A stretch of 64,000 nucleotides of DNA, taken from positions 207,048 through 271,047 of the forward strand of contig JAXGXJ010000005.1 of assembly GCA_040772905.1 (NCBI GenBank). The letters are read 5' to 3'. This document shows positions 28,434 through 36,472 of the stretch, piece by piece. The stretch is from Thermoleophilia bacterium. Its GTDB lineage: Bacteria > Actinomycetota > Thermoleophilia > RBG-16-64-13. Made by a program: the position numbers and the translations under genes. The notes below the pieces were generated by a model, which saw nothing but the letters and a program-made list of their open reading frames with translations, was not told where the DNA came from and ran no database searches. Each line of letters starts with the position of its first letter. Within the stretch, counting starts at the first letter, position 1.

Positions 28434-29417
28434 ATGTTGCGGAACTACGAGGCACTCAGCAATGAGGTCAACCTTCTTGGGGTCATCAAGGCGCGAGGGG
28501 TCATCGGCCGCTACCTCAACCGGACCAACCTCACCTACTACTCGGAACTCTCCCGGCTGATGGGGTGTGACGTCTACGTCAAGCACGAGAACCACAACCC
28601 CACCGGGTCGTTCAAGATCCGCGGCGCGCTCAACTTCATCCAGCACATGTCGGGTGAGGAGCTGCAGAGCGGCGTACTGGTGGCTACGCGGGGCAATCAC
28701 GGGCTGGCCATGGCCTGCGCCGGACGTTGGTTCGACGTGCCCATGACCGTAGTGGTCCCGGAAGGCAACAACCCAGAGATCAACCGCATCGTGCAAAGCT
28801 TCGGCGCCGAGCTCATCGTGCACGGCAGCGACTTCTACGAAGCCCAGTCGTACTGTGACGAACTGGTCGACACGGCGGGCTTCTACTACGTGGAGCAGGG
28901 CAACGAACCCGCCATCCTCAACGGTCTGGGCACCATGGGCTTGGAGATCTTCGAATCTCTTCCCGATGTCGATACCATCATCTGCCCCATCGGTGGCGGC
29001 GCAGGTTGCGCCTCGCTCATCAAAGTGGCGCAGGCCCTGGCTCCGAACGTGGAGATCATCGGCGTGCAGCCCGAGCAGGCAGCCGCCTTCCACGCTTCGT
29101 GGAAACAGGGGGAACGCGTGATACTGGAGAGCTCCGCCTCCATCGCCGACGGACTTGCGGCGCGGAGCCCCTTCCAGCTCCCCTATCTCATCATGAAAGA
29201 CCACATAAGCGACGTGGTGCTCGTCTCCGAGGACGAGATCCTCGAGGGCATCCGTCTCTCCCTCCAGGTGACACACAACCTGGCTGAAGGCGCCGGCGCC
29301 GCCGCGCTCGCCGGGGCACTCAAGATCAGCGACCGGCTGGCCGGCAAGAAGGTGGCGATCATCATGTCCGGGGGGAACCTCGATCAGGAGCATCTGCGAC
29401 TGGCGCTCAGTCAGTGA
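28434..29417 (+). CDS. PLP-dependent threonine/serine dehydratase (no ACT domain)
   Basis: KHENHNPTGSFKIRGA, TRGNHG, PIGGGAG, ADGLA, SGGN. Confidence 0.88.
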   Translation: MLRNYEALSNEVNLLGVIKARGVIGRYLNRTNLTYYSELSRLMGCDVYVKHENHNPTGSFKIRGALNFIQHMSGEELQSGVLVATRGNHGLAMACAGRWFDVPMTVVVPEGNNPEINRIVQSFGAELIVHGSDFYEAQSYCDELVDTAGFYYVEQGNEPAILNGLGTMGLEIFESLPDVDTIICPIGGGAGCASLIKVAQALAPNVEIIGVQPEQAAAFHASWKQGERVILESSASIADGLAARSPFQLPYLIMKDHISDVVLVSEDEILEGIRLSLQVTHNLAEGAGAAALAGALKISDRLAGKKVAIIMSGGNLDQEHLRLALSQ

Positions 29418-29444
29418 CCCCGCGAGACGGAGCAGGGCCCTCGG

Positions 29445-29470
29445 CGACTCCTGCGGGTACGCAGATGTCG
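29445..29470. repeat. 26-bp palindromic repeat, copy 2
   Basis: Identical to 28237-28262. Confidence 0.85.
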
Positions 29471-29488
29471 CTCAAGGCGTCGCTGCGG

Positions 29489-29923
29489 CTAGATATGGGT
29501 GAGTCGCGGCCGCGGTAAGAGCAGTTCGGCGCGCCCGGTCTGCACCGTGGTGCCGTCCTGGTTGGTCCAGGTCGACGCGATGACCATGCGGCGCTTGTCG
29601 TCGATCTTCTCCGCCACCTCTGAGACCACCGTGATGGTGTCGCCGATGTGGACCGGGGCCATGAACGAGACCTCCTGGCTCACCTGCACGGCGCCGTCGC
29701 CGCCGATGGCCGACAGGGTACGCGTGATCATGCCCGCCACCAGCAGACCGTGGGCGATGCGCCCGCCCCAGCGAGTGCCGCGCGCGTAGACCTCATCGAC
29801 GTGGATGGGGTTGAAGTCGCCGGCGATGCCGCAGAAGGCGAAGATGTCGGCCTCGGTGATGGTCTTGCTGAACGAACTGCGATCACCGACACGGATCTCG
29901 TCGTATTCGCGCTGCACCGCCAT
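29489..29923 (-). CDS. MaoC-family (R)-specific enoyl-CoA hydratase
   Basis: GDFNPIHVD, RIAHGLL, F.APV.IGD. Confidence 0.9.
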   Translation of the reverse strand: MAVQREYDEIRVGDRSSFSKTITEADIFAFCGIAGDFNPIHVDEVYARGTRWGGRIAHGLLVAGMITRTLSAIGGDGAVQVSQEVSFMAPVHIGDTITVVSEVAEKIDDKRRMVIASTWTNQDGTTVQTGRAELLLPRPRLTHI

Positions 29924-29946
29924 GCTGGATCTCCCTTCGCTGCCGA

Positions 29947-30876
29947 TCACTCAGTGGCTGCCGCCGTTACCGCCTGCTCAGCCGCCTGCCAGTACCGAGC
30001 CCACTTCTCGTCCACCTGCGCCTGGATCTGCTCCACCTGCTCGTCGCCCAGCAAGCGAAAACGCGACTGCGTCTTCAGGTAATCACGCACCGGGGTGAGC
30101 TTTCGTTTCTCCAGCAGCTTCTCCGAGGCACCAGTGAGCCGGAACTGGCCCTTCTCCACCTCGTACAGATCGAAGTAGCCGCTCTCCACGGCCAGTCTAC
30201 CGATCTTGATGCTGTAGCGCGTCTCGAACCCCCATCCGGGCGGGCACGGGGTGTGGATGTGGATGTACTTGGTGCCCTCCAGCGTGAGCGCCTTCTTGAT
30301 CTTGTCGTAGAGATCCAAGGGATAGGCGGCCGAAGCCGTCGCCACGTAGTCGATGCCATGCGCAGCCATGATGGCGGGCACGTCCTTCTTCTGCTGCAGC
30401 TTGCCCTTGATGGGCGTGGTGGTGGTGACGGCGCCGATGGGCGTGGTGCCCGAACGCTGCACGCCCGTGTTCATGTAGCCCTCGTTGTCGTAGCACATGA
30501 ACAGGAATTCGTCGCCGCGCTCGGCCGCGCCAGAGAGCGCCTGGATGCCGATGTCGCTGGTGCCGCCGTCGCCGGCCCAACCCACGACCTTGGTGTGCTC
30601 ACGACCCTGCGCCTTGAGAGCGCTCAGAACCCCGGTAGCGGCGGAGGCCGTGGAGGCGAAAGTGACGTTCAACACCGGCAGCTTGGTGGAACAGACGGGG
30701 AACAACCCCTGCAGTACGGTGAGGCAGCTGGGGGGCACCACCAGGATGGTGTCGGGCCCCAGGGCCTTCACGCCGATGCGATAGGCGATGCTGAGGCCGC
30801 AGCCGGTGCAGGCCCGGTTGCCCGGATGCACCAGCTCTTCTTTGGGCAGGGTGAGGATGGTGGTCTTGGTGCTCAT
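29947..30876 (-). CDS. porB: 2-oxoacid:ferredoxin oxidoreductase beta subunit
   Basis: ACTGCG, GDGG..DIG.QALSGA, DNEGYMNTG.QRS, PCPPGW; substrate not resolved. Confidence 0.88.
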   Translation of the reverse strand: MSTKTTILTLPKEELVHPGNRACTGCGLSIAYRIGVKALGPDTILVVPPSCLTVLQGLFPVCSTKLPVLNVTFASTASAATGVLSALKAQGREHTKVVGWAGDGGTSDIGIQALSGAAERGDEFLFMCYDNEGYMNTGVQRSGTTPIGAVTTTTPIKGKLQQKKDVPAIMAAHGIDYVATASAAYPLDLYDKIKKALTLEGTKYIHIHTPCPPGWGFETRYSIKIGRLAVESGYFDLYEVEKGQFRLTGASEKLLEKRKLTPVRDYLKTQSRFRLLGDEQVEQIQAQVDEKWARYWQAAEQAVTAAATE

Positions 30877-30887
30877 GCGTGCGGCTC

Positions 30888-32087
30888 CTACAGCTTGATC
30901 CCGACCCAGTCGGGACGCTCGTCGGGCGCGCTCGCGATAGCGGCGCGCAGGTCGGCGATGAGGTCGGCGGTGCGGATCTCGCGCCCGCCGATGCCGGCGA
31001 TCATGCCCTTCACGAACGGCACCGGGCCCTTGCCGGCCAGATGCTCGTACAGCGCCGACTTGGTGTCGGACACCAGCGCGCCCTCGTAGCCGTAGGACAG
31101 CGCCTTCTCCATGACCATGACGCCGCGCTTGCCGTCCAGCGCCCGCGCCAGGGCGGCGTCGGGGAAGGGCCGGTACAGACGGACGCCCATGACGCCCACA
31201 GCAATGCCTTCCTCACGCAGCCGATCGATCACATCGTGCAGCTGATAGGTGAGCGAGCCTAACCCCACCACCACATACTCGGCGTCGTCACAGCGATAGG
31301 GCTCGAGCAGGGCATCGCCGCCCCGCCCGAATATCTCCTTGAAACTGTCCTCGGTCTCCTGCGCCACCCGCAGTACGTCACGCAGATCCTCCTGCAAGAG
31401 GTAGCGGATCTCCATGTAGCCATGCGCCATCTCGCCCATGATGTCCATGCGCACATCGGGCAGGGTCACGGTGTTCAGGCTGGCGGGATCCTCGGGATCC
31501 AGCGCGTACGCCGGCTGGAAGGGCTTGATGAAACGAGCCACCTTGTCCTCGTCCGGCACCTCGAAGGGCATGTAGGTGTGCGAGAGCAGATACCCGTCGT
31601 AACACACCATCACCGGGATGCTCACCGTCTCGGCGATGACGAACGCTTTGAGCACGGTATCGATGATCTGCTGATGGTCGCAGCAGTACATCTGTATCCA
31701 CCCCGTGTCGCGCTGCGAGATGGAGTCCTGGTGGTCGTTCCAGATACACCAGGGCGCACCCACGGCGCGGTTGACCACGCACATGACGATGGGCAGCCGG
31801 GCGCCCGCCGCCCAGTGGATCTGCTCGTGCATATAGAGCAGGCCGTTGGCGCTGGTGGCGGTGAAGGCCCGGGCGCCGGTGGAACTGGCCGCGATGCACG
31901 TGGCCAGAGCCGAATGCTCGCTCTCCACGGGTACGTACTGGGCCGTCATCTGACCCGACTCCACGTACTGCGAGAGCTTCTCGGTGAGCGGCGTCTGCGG
32001 CGTGATGGGGTAGGCGGCGATGACTTGAGCGCCGGCCAGCTTCACGCCCATGGCGGCGGCGACGTTGCCGTCTTCGATCACGTGCAC
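30888..32087 (-). CDS. porA: 2-oxoacid:ferredoxin oxidoreductase alpha subunit
   Basis: AAYPITPQT, VESEHSA, TATS..GL, IWNDHQD, RPFP. Confidence 0.88.
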   Translation of the reverse strand: MHVIEDGNVAAAMGVKLAGAQVIAAYPITPQTPLTEKLSQYVESGQMTAQYVPVESEHSALATCIAASSTGARAFTATSANGLLYMHEQIHWAAGARLPIVMCVVNRAVGAPWCIWNDHQDSISQRDTGWIQMYCCDHQQIIDTVLKAFVIAETVSIPVMVCYDGYLLSHTYMPFEVPDEDKVARFIKPFQPAYALDPEDPASLNTVTLPDVRMDIMGEMAHGYMEIRYLLQEDLRDVLRVAQETEDSFKEIFGRGGDALLEPYRCDDAEYVVVGLGSLTYQLHDVIDRLREEGIAVGVMGVRLYRPFPDAALARALDGKRGVMVMEKALSYGYEGALVSDTKSALYEHLAGKGPVPFVKGMIAGIGGREIRTADLIADLRAAIASAPDERPDWVGIKL

Positions 32088-32425
32088 GGACGCACCCCCT
32101 CCACCGAGCAGGCCTCGGCCTCGTCGGCATCGACCACGTACTCGGCCTCGTCGATCATGCTGATGGCCTTGGTGGGGCATTCCTCGGCACAGATGCCGCA
32201 GCCCTTGCAGTACTCGTAGTCGATGGTGGGCGGGACGGTGCGCGAGATCACACAATCCGGGCAGTAGAGCCAGCAGATGAAGCAGGCTTCGGTGCCGCGC
32301 CGCGCCGGCGTGCACTTCTCCAGGTCGATCACCGGGCGCTGCACGCGCCACGAGCCCGTCTTGCCACCGTCGCCGGGCCCGGACAGGCTGTGCGACGTCT
32401 TGTATCGGTATCCTCTGGTGCCCAT
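32078..32425 (-). CDS. porD: 2-oxoacid:ferredoxin oxidoreductase delta (ferredoxin) subunit
   Basis: TGSWR..RPVID..KC, C..C..YCPD, YCKGCGICAEECP. Confidence 0.88.
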   Translation of the reverse strand: MGTRGYRYKTSHSLSGPGDGGKTGSWRVQRPVIDLEKCTPARRGTEACFICWLYCPDCVISRTVPPTIDYEYCKGCGICAEECPTKAISMIDEAEYVVDADEAEACSVEGVRPCT

Positions 32426-32976
32426 CAGGCCTCTCCCACGATGGTGTGCTCGTACGCAAGCCGGGCCGCCTGAGCGTTGGCCTGCGCGTTCTTGCCCTTG
32501 AACTCCGCCTCGATGCCGGCCACCACCAGGTCGAAAGGCACCTCGTCGAAGGCGCGGCACAGCACCCCGATGATGCCCGCGTTCACGCGGCCGTGCGGCA
32601 GCCCCGCCTGCACCGAGAGGGCCGTCACATCGGCCACGGCCAGGCGGGCGTCGCCGAAGTCGTACGCGGACGGCTGTTTCGGCGTGTTGAGGACGATCAG
32701 CCCGCCCGGCTTGAGGCCGGCGGCCACGTCCACCTCGGTCAAGAGCAGATGGTCGAGTACCACCACCATGTCGGGGGTCTCGATGGGTGAGATGTCGTAG
32801 ATCTTCTCCTTCGCCAGCTTCAGCGAGGTGAAGACGGGAGCTCCGCGGCGCTCAGTGCCGAAGGTGGGAGCCATCACCACCCCGGTGTACCCTGACTTGA
32901 AGGCGGCCGCGGCGAAGATCTTCGCCGCCGTGATCGCCCCCTGCCCGCCTCTGCCGTGCCATCTGATCTCGATCAT
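32425..32976 (-). CDS. porG: 2-oxoacid:ferredoxin oxidoreductase gamma subunit
   Basis: EIRWHGRGGQG, FGTERRGAPV. Confidence 0.9.
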   Translation of the reverse strand: MIEIRWHGRGGQGAITAAKIFAAAAFKSGYTGVVMAPTFGTERRGAPVFTSLKLAKEKIYDISPIETPDMVVVLDHLLLTEVDVAAGLKPGGLIVLNTPKQPSAYDFGDARLAVADVTALSVQAGLPHGRVNAGIIGVLCRAFDEVPFDLVVAGIEAEFKGKNAQANAQAARLAYEHTIVGEA

Positions 32977-33084
32977 TCGCTCTTCCTACCGTGTCGCAAA
33001 CTACGCGTGCAGGGTATTCTACTTCCTCTGCGAGTATTTCGGCGCCTGCAGGTGACAGACGGAACTAGAAGAAAGCGGGAGAAC

Positions 33085-34224
33085 GTGGATTTCAAGCTCA
33101 CAGACGACCAACGCATGATCAGGGACATGGTGCGCGACTTCGCCCAGAGCGAGATAGCCCCCGTGGCCGCCGAGATCGACCGCACCGGCGCCTTCCCGGT
33201 GGACATCCTCAAGAAGATGAGCGAGCTGGGCCTCATGGGCCTGCCCATCGCCGAGGAGTACGGTGGGGCGGGCGGCGACTACACCAGCTACTGCCTGGCG
33301 CTGGAGGAGATCACCCGGGCCTGCGGCTCGACCGGTCTCACCTACGAAGCCCACATCTCGCTGGGCTGCATGCCCATCTACTACTTCGGTACCGAGGAGC
33401 AGAAGCAGGAGTACCTGCCGCAACTCTGCAGCGGCGAGAGTATGGGCTCCTTCGGCCTCACCGAGCCCGAGGCAGGCTCCGACGCCGGCGGCACCAAGAC
33501 CACCGCGGTGCTGGAGAACGGCGAGTGGGTCATCAACGGATCGAAGATCTACATCACCAACGCCAGCTACGCCAAGTTCGTCACCATCACCGCGGTCACC
33601 GACAAGGGCAAGGGCACCCGAGGCATCAGCGACATCATCGTGCCCACCGATGCCCCCGGTTTCACGGTGACGGCGGGCTTCGAGAAGATGGGTCTCCATG
33701 GCTCGAACACCACCGAACTCTACTTCGACGACGTGCGCGTGCCCGAGAAGAACCTGGTGGGCGTGCGCGGCGAAGGCTTCAAGCAGTTCCTGGTGGTACT
33801 GGACGGCGGCCGTATCGCCATCGGCGCCATGGGCGTGGGCATCGCCCAGGCCTGCCTGGATGCCTCGCTCAAGTACGCCAAGGAGCGGCAGCAGTTCGGC
33901 CGGCCCATCGGCACGTTCCAGGCCATCCAGTTCAAGCTGGCCGACATGGCCATGAACATCGAGCTGGCGCGGAACATGGTGCTCAAGGCGGCCTGGCTCA
34001 AAGACACGGGCCAGCCTTACGCGCTCGAGGCCAACTATGCCAAGCTCTTCGGCTCGGAGATCGCCACCAAAGCAGCCTTGGAGGCCATACAGATCCACGG
34101 CGGCTACGGCTACATCAACGAGTTCCCGGTGGAGCGCTACCTGCGTGACGCCAAACTGCTCGAGATCGGTGAAGGCACCTCGGAGATCATCCGCCTGGTC
34201 ATCGCCAGGTGTCTGGGGCTGTAG
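33085..34224 (+). CDS. acyl-CoA dehydrogenase (short/branched-chain type)
   Basis: FGLTEPEAGSD, NGSKIYITN, RQQFGRPI, QIHGGYG, IGEGT. Confidence 0.93.
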   Translation: MDFKLTDDQRMIRDMVRDFAQSEIAPVAAEIDRTGAFPVDILKKMSELGLMGLPIAEEYGGAGGDYTSYCLALEEITRACGSTGLTYEAHISLGCMPIYYFGTEEQKQEYLPQLCSGESMGSFGLTEPEAGSDAGGTKTTAVLENGEWVINGSKIYITNASYAKFVTITAVTDKGKGTRGISDIIVPTDAPGFTVTAGFEKMGLHGSNTTELYFDDVRVPEKNLVGVRGEGFKQFLVVLDGGRIAIGAMGVGIAQACLDASLKYAKERQQFGRPIGTFQAIQFKLADMAMNIELARNMVLKAAWLKDTGQPYALEANYAKLFGSEIATKAALEAIQIHGGYGYINEFPVERYLRDAKLLEIGEGTSEIIRLVIARCLGL

Positions 34225-34311
34225 GGACTGACAGGGACCCGGGCTCCCACGCGTTCACCGTGGCAGCCCGGGCGCCCGGGCGCAAGGACGTGCCATCGCG
34301 AAGGAGAGACC

Positions 34312-34443
34312 ATGACGTCGGTGCATGTGGGTTCACGTGACGATCTGCCGGCAGGCGCCATGAAGGCCGTTCAAGCCGGCAGTCACCAGGTGCGCGTCGA
34401 CGCCGACTCCGTTTTCGTGGATGTGGACGATCCCGCCACGTGA
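34312..34443 (+). pseudogene. 43-aa Rieske-ferredoxin-like remnant lacking the cluster-binding core
   Basis: VGSRDDLPAGAMKAV joined directly to VRVDADSVFVDV; SD AAGGAG. Confidence 0.6.
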
Positions 34444-34491
34444 CCGGGTGGCGCGGCGCGGCGTGGGCGCCGACGGTGCGCCGGGCCGCTG

Positions 34492-34851
34492 CTAGAAATC
34501 CATGGGGCAGATATGCCCCTCACGGAGTGCGCGAGCGAAACCGTCGCACGACTCCCTGAACACCTGGTGGTCCAGATACTCCGCCATCTCCTCCATGTGC
34601 TGGCTGGCTTCGTCCAAGATGTTGTGGAAGAGACCAACCTGCTCCTGCGTCATGTGGATGATGCCCACGCCGAAGCACTCCGGGCAACGGAGCAGAACGC
34701 GCCACTCGTCAACGTCGACGCGCTCCCATTCCAAAGGCTGGACGAGGGTCGACGAGCATTCTCCGCAGCTGAAGTCGCCGCGCGTTGTGAGGGCCCAGAG
34801 GCGGGTCTGATCTGACGGCATGTCTGTCCTCGTGGCTCGATAGGCGTCCAC
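34492..34851 (-). CDS. hypothetical CxxC...CxxC zinc-binding protein
   Basis: CGEC...LRCPEC, C-terminal PMDF; SD AAGGAG before GTG. Confidence 0.7.
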   Translation of the reverse strand: MDAYRATRTDMPSDQTRLWALTTRGDFSCGECSSTLVQPLEWERVDVDEWRVLLRCPECFGVGIIHMTQEQVGLFHNILDEASQHMEEMAEYLDHQVFRESCDGFARALREGHICPMDF

Positions 34852-35066
34852 TTCTCCTTGTCGGCAAGACATGCGGATGACCTGAGCGCGGTCTCATCCG
34901 CGGTCTCATCGCGACTCCATGGTTGTAGGAAGGCGCGGTGGGCGCAGGCAGGAACCGTCCAGCTCCGCGCGAACTCATTCCCGTAGGGTCTCTTTGGCAG
35001 CCCCTTCCGTCGGATTTCCACGCTATCCGTACGAACACCGTGTGCTCGTTGCGTCAGGAGGTGGAC

Positions 35067-36332
35067 GTGCTCGATTTCATGCGCGAGTTACTCTCGGTCG
35101 ATGCGAGTCAGGAAGAGACGACCTTCGACAACGTGAGGCTGCTCCTCAGCCACATCCGGGAGCATGGCCTCTACCCTCACTTCCTGACCATCAACGGAGG
35201 CGTCAACGAGCCAGAATTCGAGGCCGAGGGGAGGACGCTCCTTCAATTCGGGGCCAACAACTACCTGAGCATGTCGGAGGATCCGACGGTCAAGGCGGCC
35301 GCCATCCGAGCCATCGAAGAGCACGGGGTCGGCCCCGGAGGCTCACGTCTCATGAGTGGGAACATCGCCATCATCGAAGAGGCTGAGCGCCGGATCGCGC
35401 GTCTGACCGGCATGGAGGACTGTCTCACCTTCCCCACCGGCTACATGGCTAACGTCACCGTATTCCAGACCGTGATGACCCCGTTCATCGGGCGTCTGCC
35501 CTATCGGGTCCAGGATGGGGCCATCTTCATCGACGAGTTCGTGCACGGCTCCATCACCGACGGATGCAAGCTCTCCGGCGCGCGCGTGGTCAAGTTCAAG
35601 CACAACGACCTGAGAGATCTGCGAGCCAAACTCGATCAGAACGAGAGCGCCTCCAACAAGCTCATTGTCACCGAAGGCGTCTACTGCCTGGAAGGCGAGA
35701 TCATCGACATCCCCGCCTACATCGAAGTGGCCCGCGCGCACGAAGCCAAGCTCATGGTGGACGACGCCCACGCCATCGGCGTGATCGGGACGCGAGGCGG
35801 AGGGTCGCCCGACCATCATGACTGTGCCGACGGCATCGACATCCTCATGGGCTGCATGGACAAGGCCATGGGCGGCACCGGCGGGTATCTGTGCGGCCGC
35901 AGAGACCTAGTGGACTTCTTGCGCATCGCCGCCAGCTCGAGCGTGCTCTCCTCGGCCCTCACCTGTGCCATGGCCGGAGCCATGATCGCCGCCATCGATC
36001 TCATCGAGACGGCGCAGGAACGGCGTGAAGGCTTGGCCCAGAAATCACGCTACCTGCGCGAAGGACTGCAGCGCCACGGTCTCACCGTGCTCGGCCCCGA
36101 TTTCCTGCCGTCTGTGCCTCTGTTGGTGGGAGACGAAGCTCTTGGAGTAGCCTTCGCCCACGGGCTGCGAGAGCGAGGCATCTTCTGTCCGGTCATGCGC
36201 TGGCCGGCGGTCCCGGTGGGTAAGGCCCGCCTGCGCCTGAGCCTCATGGCCCGGCATGAACAGCACCATCTGGACGCCCTCATCAAGGCCTGCGGTGAGG
36301 TGGGCCGCGAACTGGGAGTGAGCATCGGCTGA
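35067..36332 (+). CDS. PLP alpha-oxoamine synthase family (AONS/KBL/SPT-like)
   Basis: FGANNYL, GSRLMSG, TGYMAN, FKHND, DDAH, DKAMGGTGG, ARLRLS. Confidence 0.85.
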   Translation: MLDFMRELLSVDASQEETTFDNVRLLLSHIREHGLYPHFLTINGGVNEPEFEAEGRTLLQFGANNYLSMSEDPTVKAAAIRAIEEHGVGPGGSRLMSGNIAIIEEAERRIARLTGMEDCLTFPTGYMANVTVFQTVMTPFIGRLPYRVQDGAIFIDEFVHGSITDGCKLSGARVVKFKHNDLRDLRAKLDQNESASNKLIVTEGVYCLEGEIIDIPAYIEVARAHEAKLMVDDAHAIGVIGTRGGGSPDHHDCADGIDILMGCMDKAMGGTGGYLCGRRDLVDFLRIAASSSVLSSALTCAMAGAMIAAIDLIETAQERREGLAQKSRYLREGLQRHGLTVLGPDFLPSVPLLVGDEALGVAFAHGLRERGIFCPVMRWPAVPVGKARLRLSLMARHEQHHLDALIKACGEVGRELGVSIG

Positions 36333-36472
36333 ACGCCATGAGGACGCGGCCGTCACTCCTGATCTCGCGACACAGCCCGCGCTCAAGCTAAGTCACCCCT
36401 GGGCCGAAACACTCCATGAGGGACATTTTCGGCGGCGCCCCTGGGCACCGACCGCGTCGATAGGTGTTGCCC

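Noticed and set aside
28200-29470. SECIS elements after the TGA stops of the DUF35 and dehydratase genes
   Set aside because: Loops lie about 38-45 nt from the UGA, both proteins look complete at the stop, and read-through gives no recognisable extension
28237-29470. CRISPR repeats
   Set aside because: Only two copies 1.2 kb apart with a gene between; no spacers or cas genes
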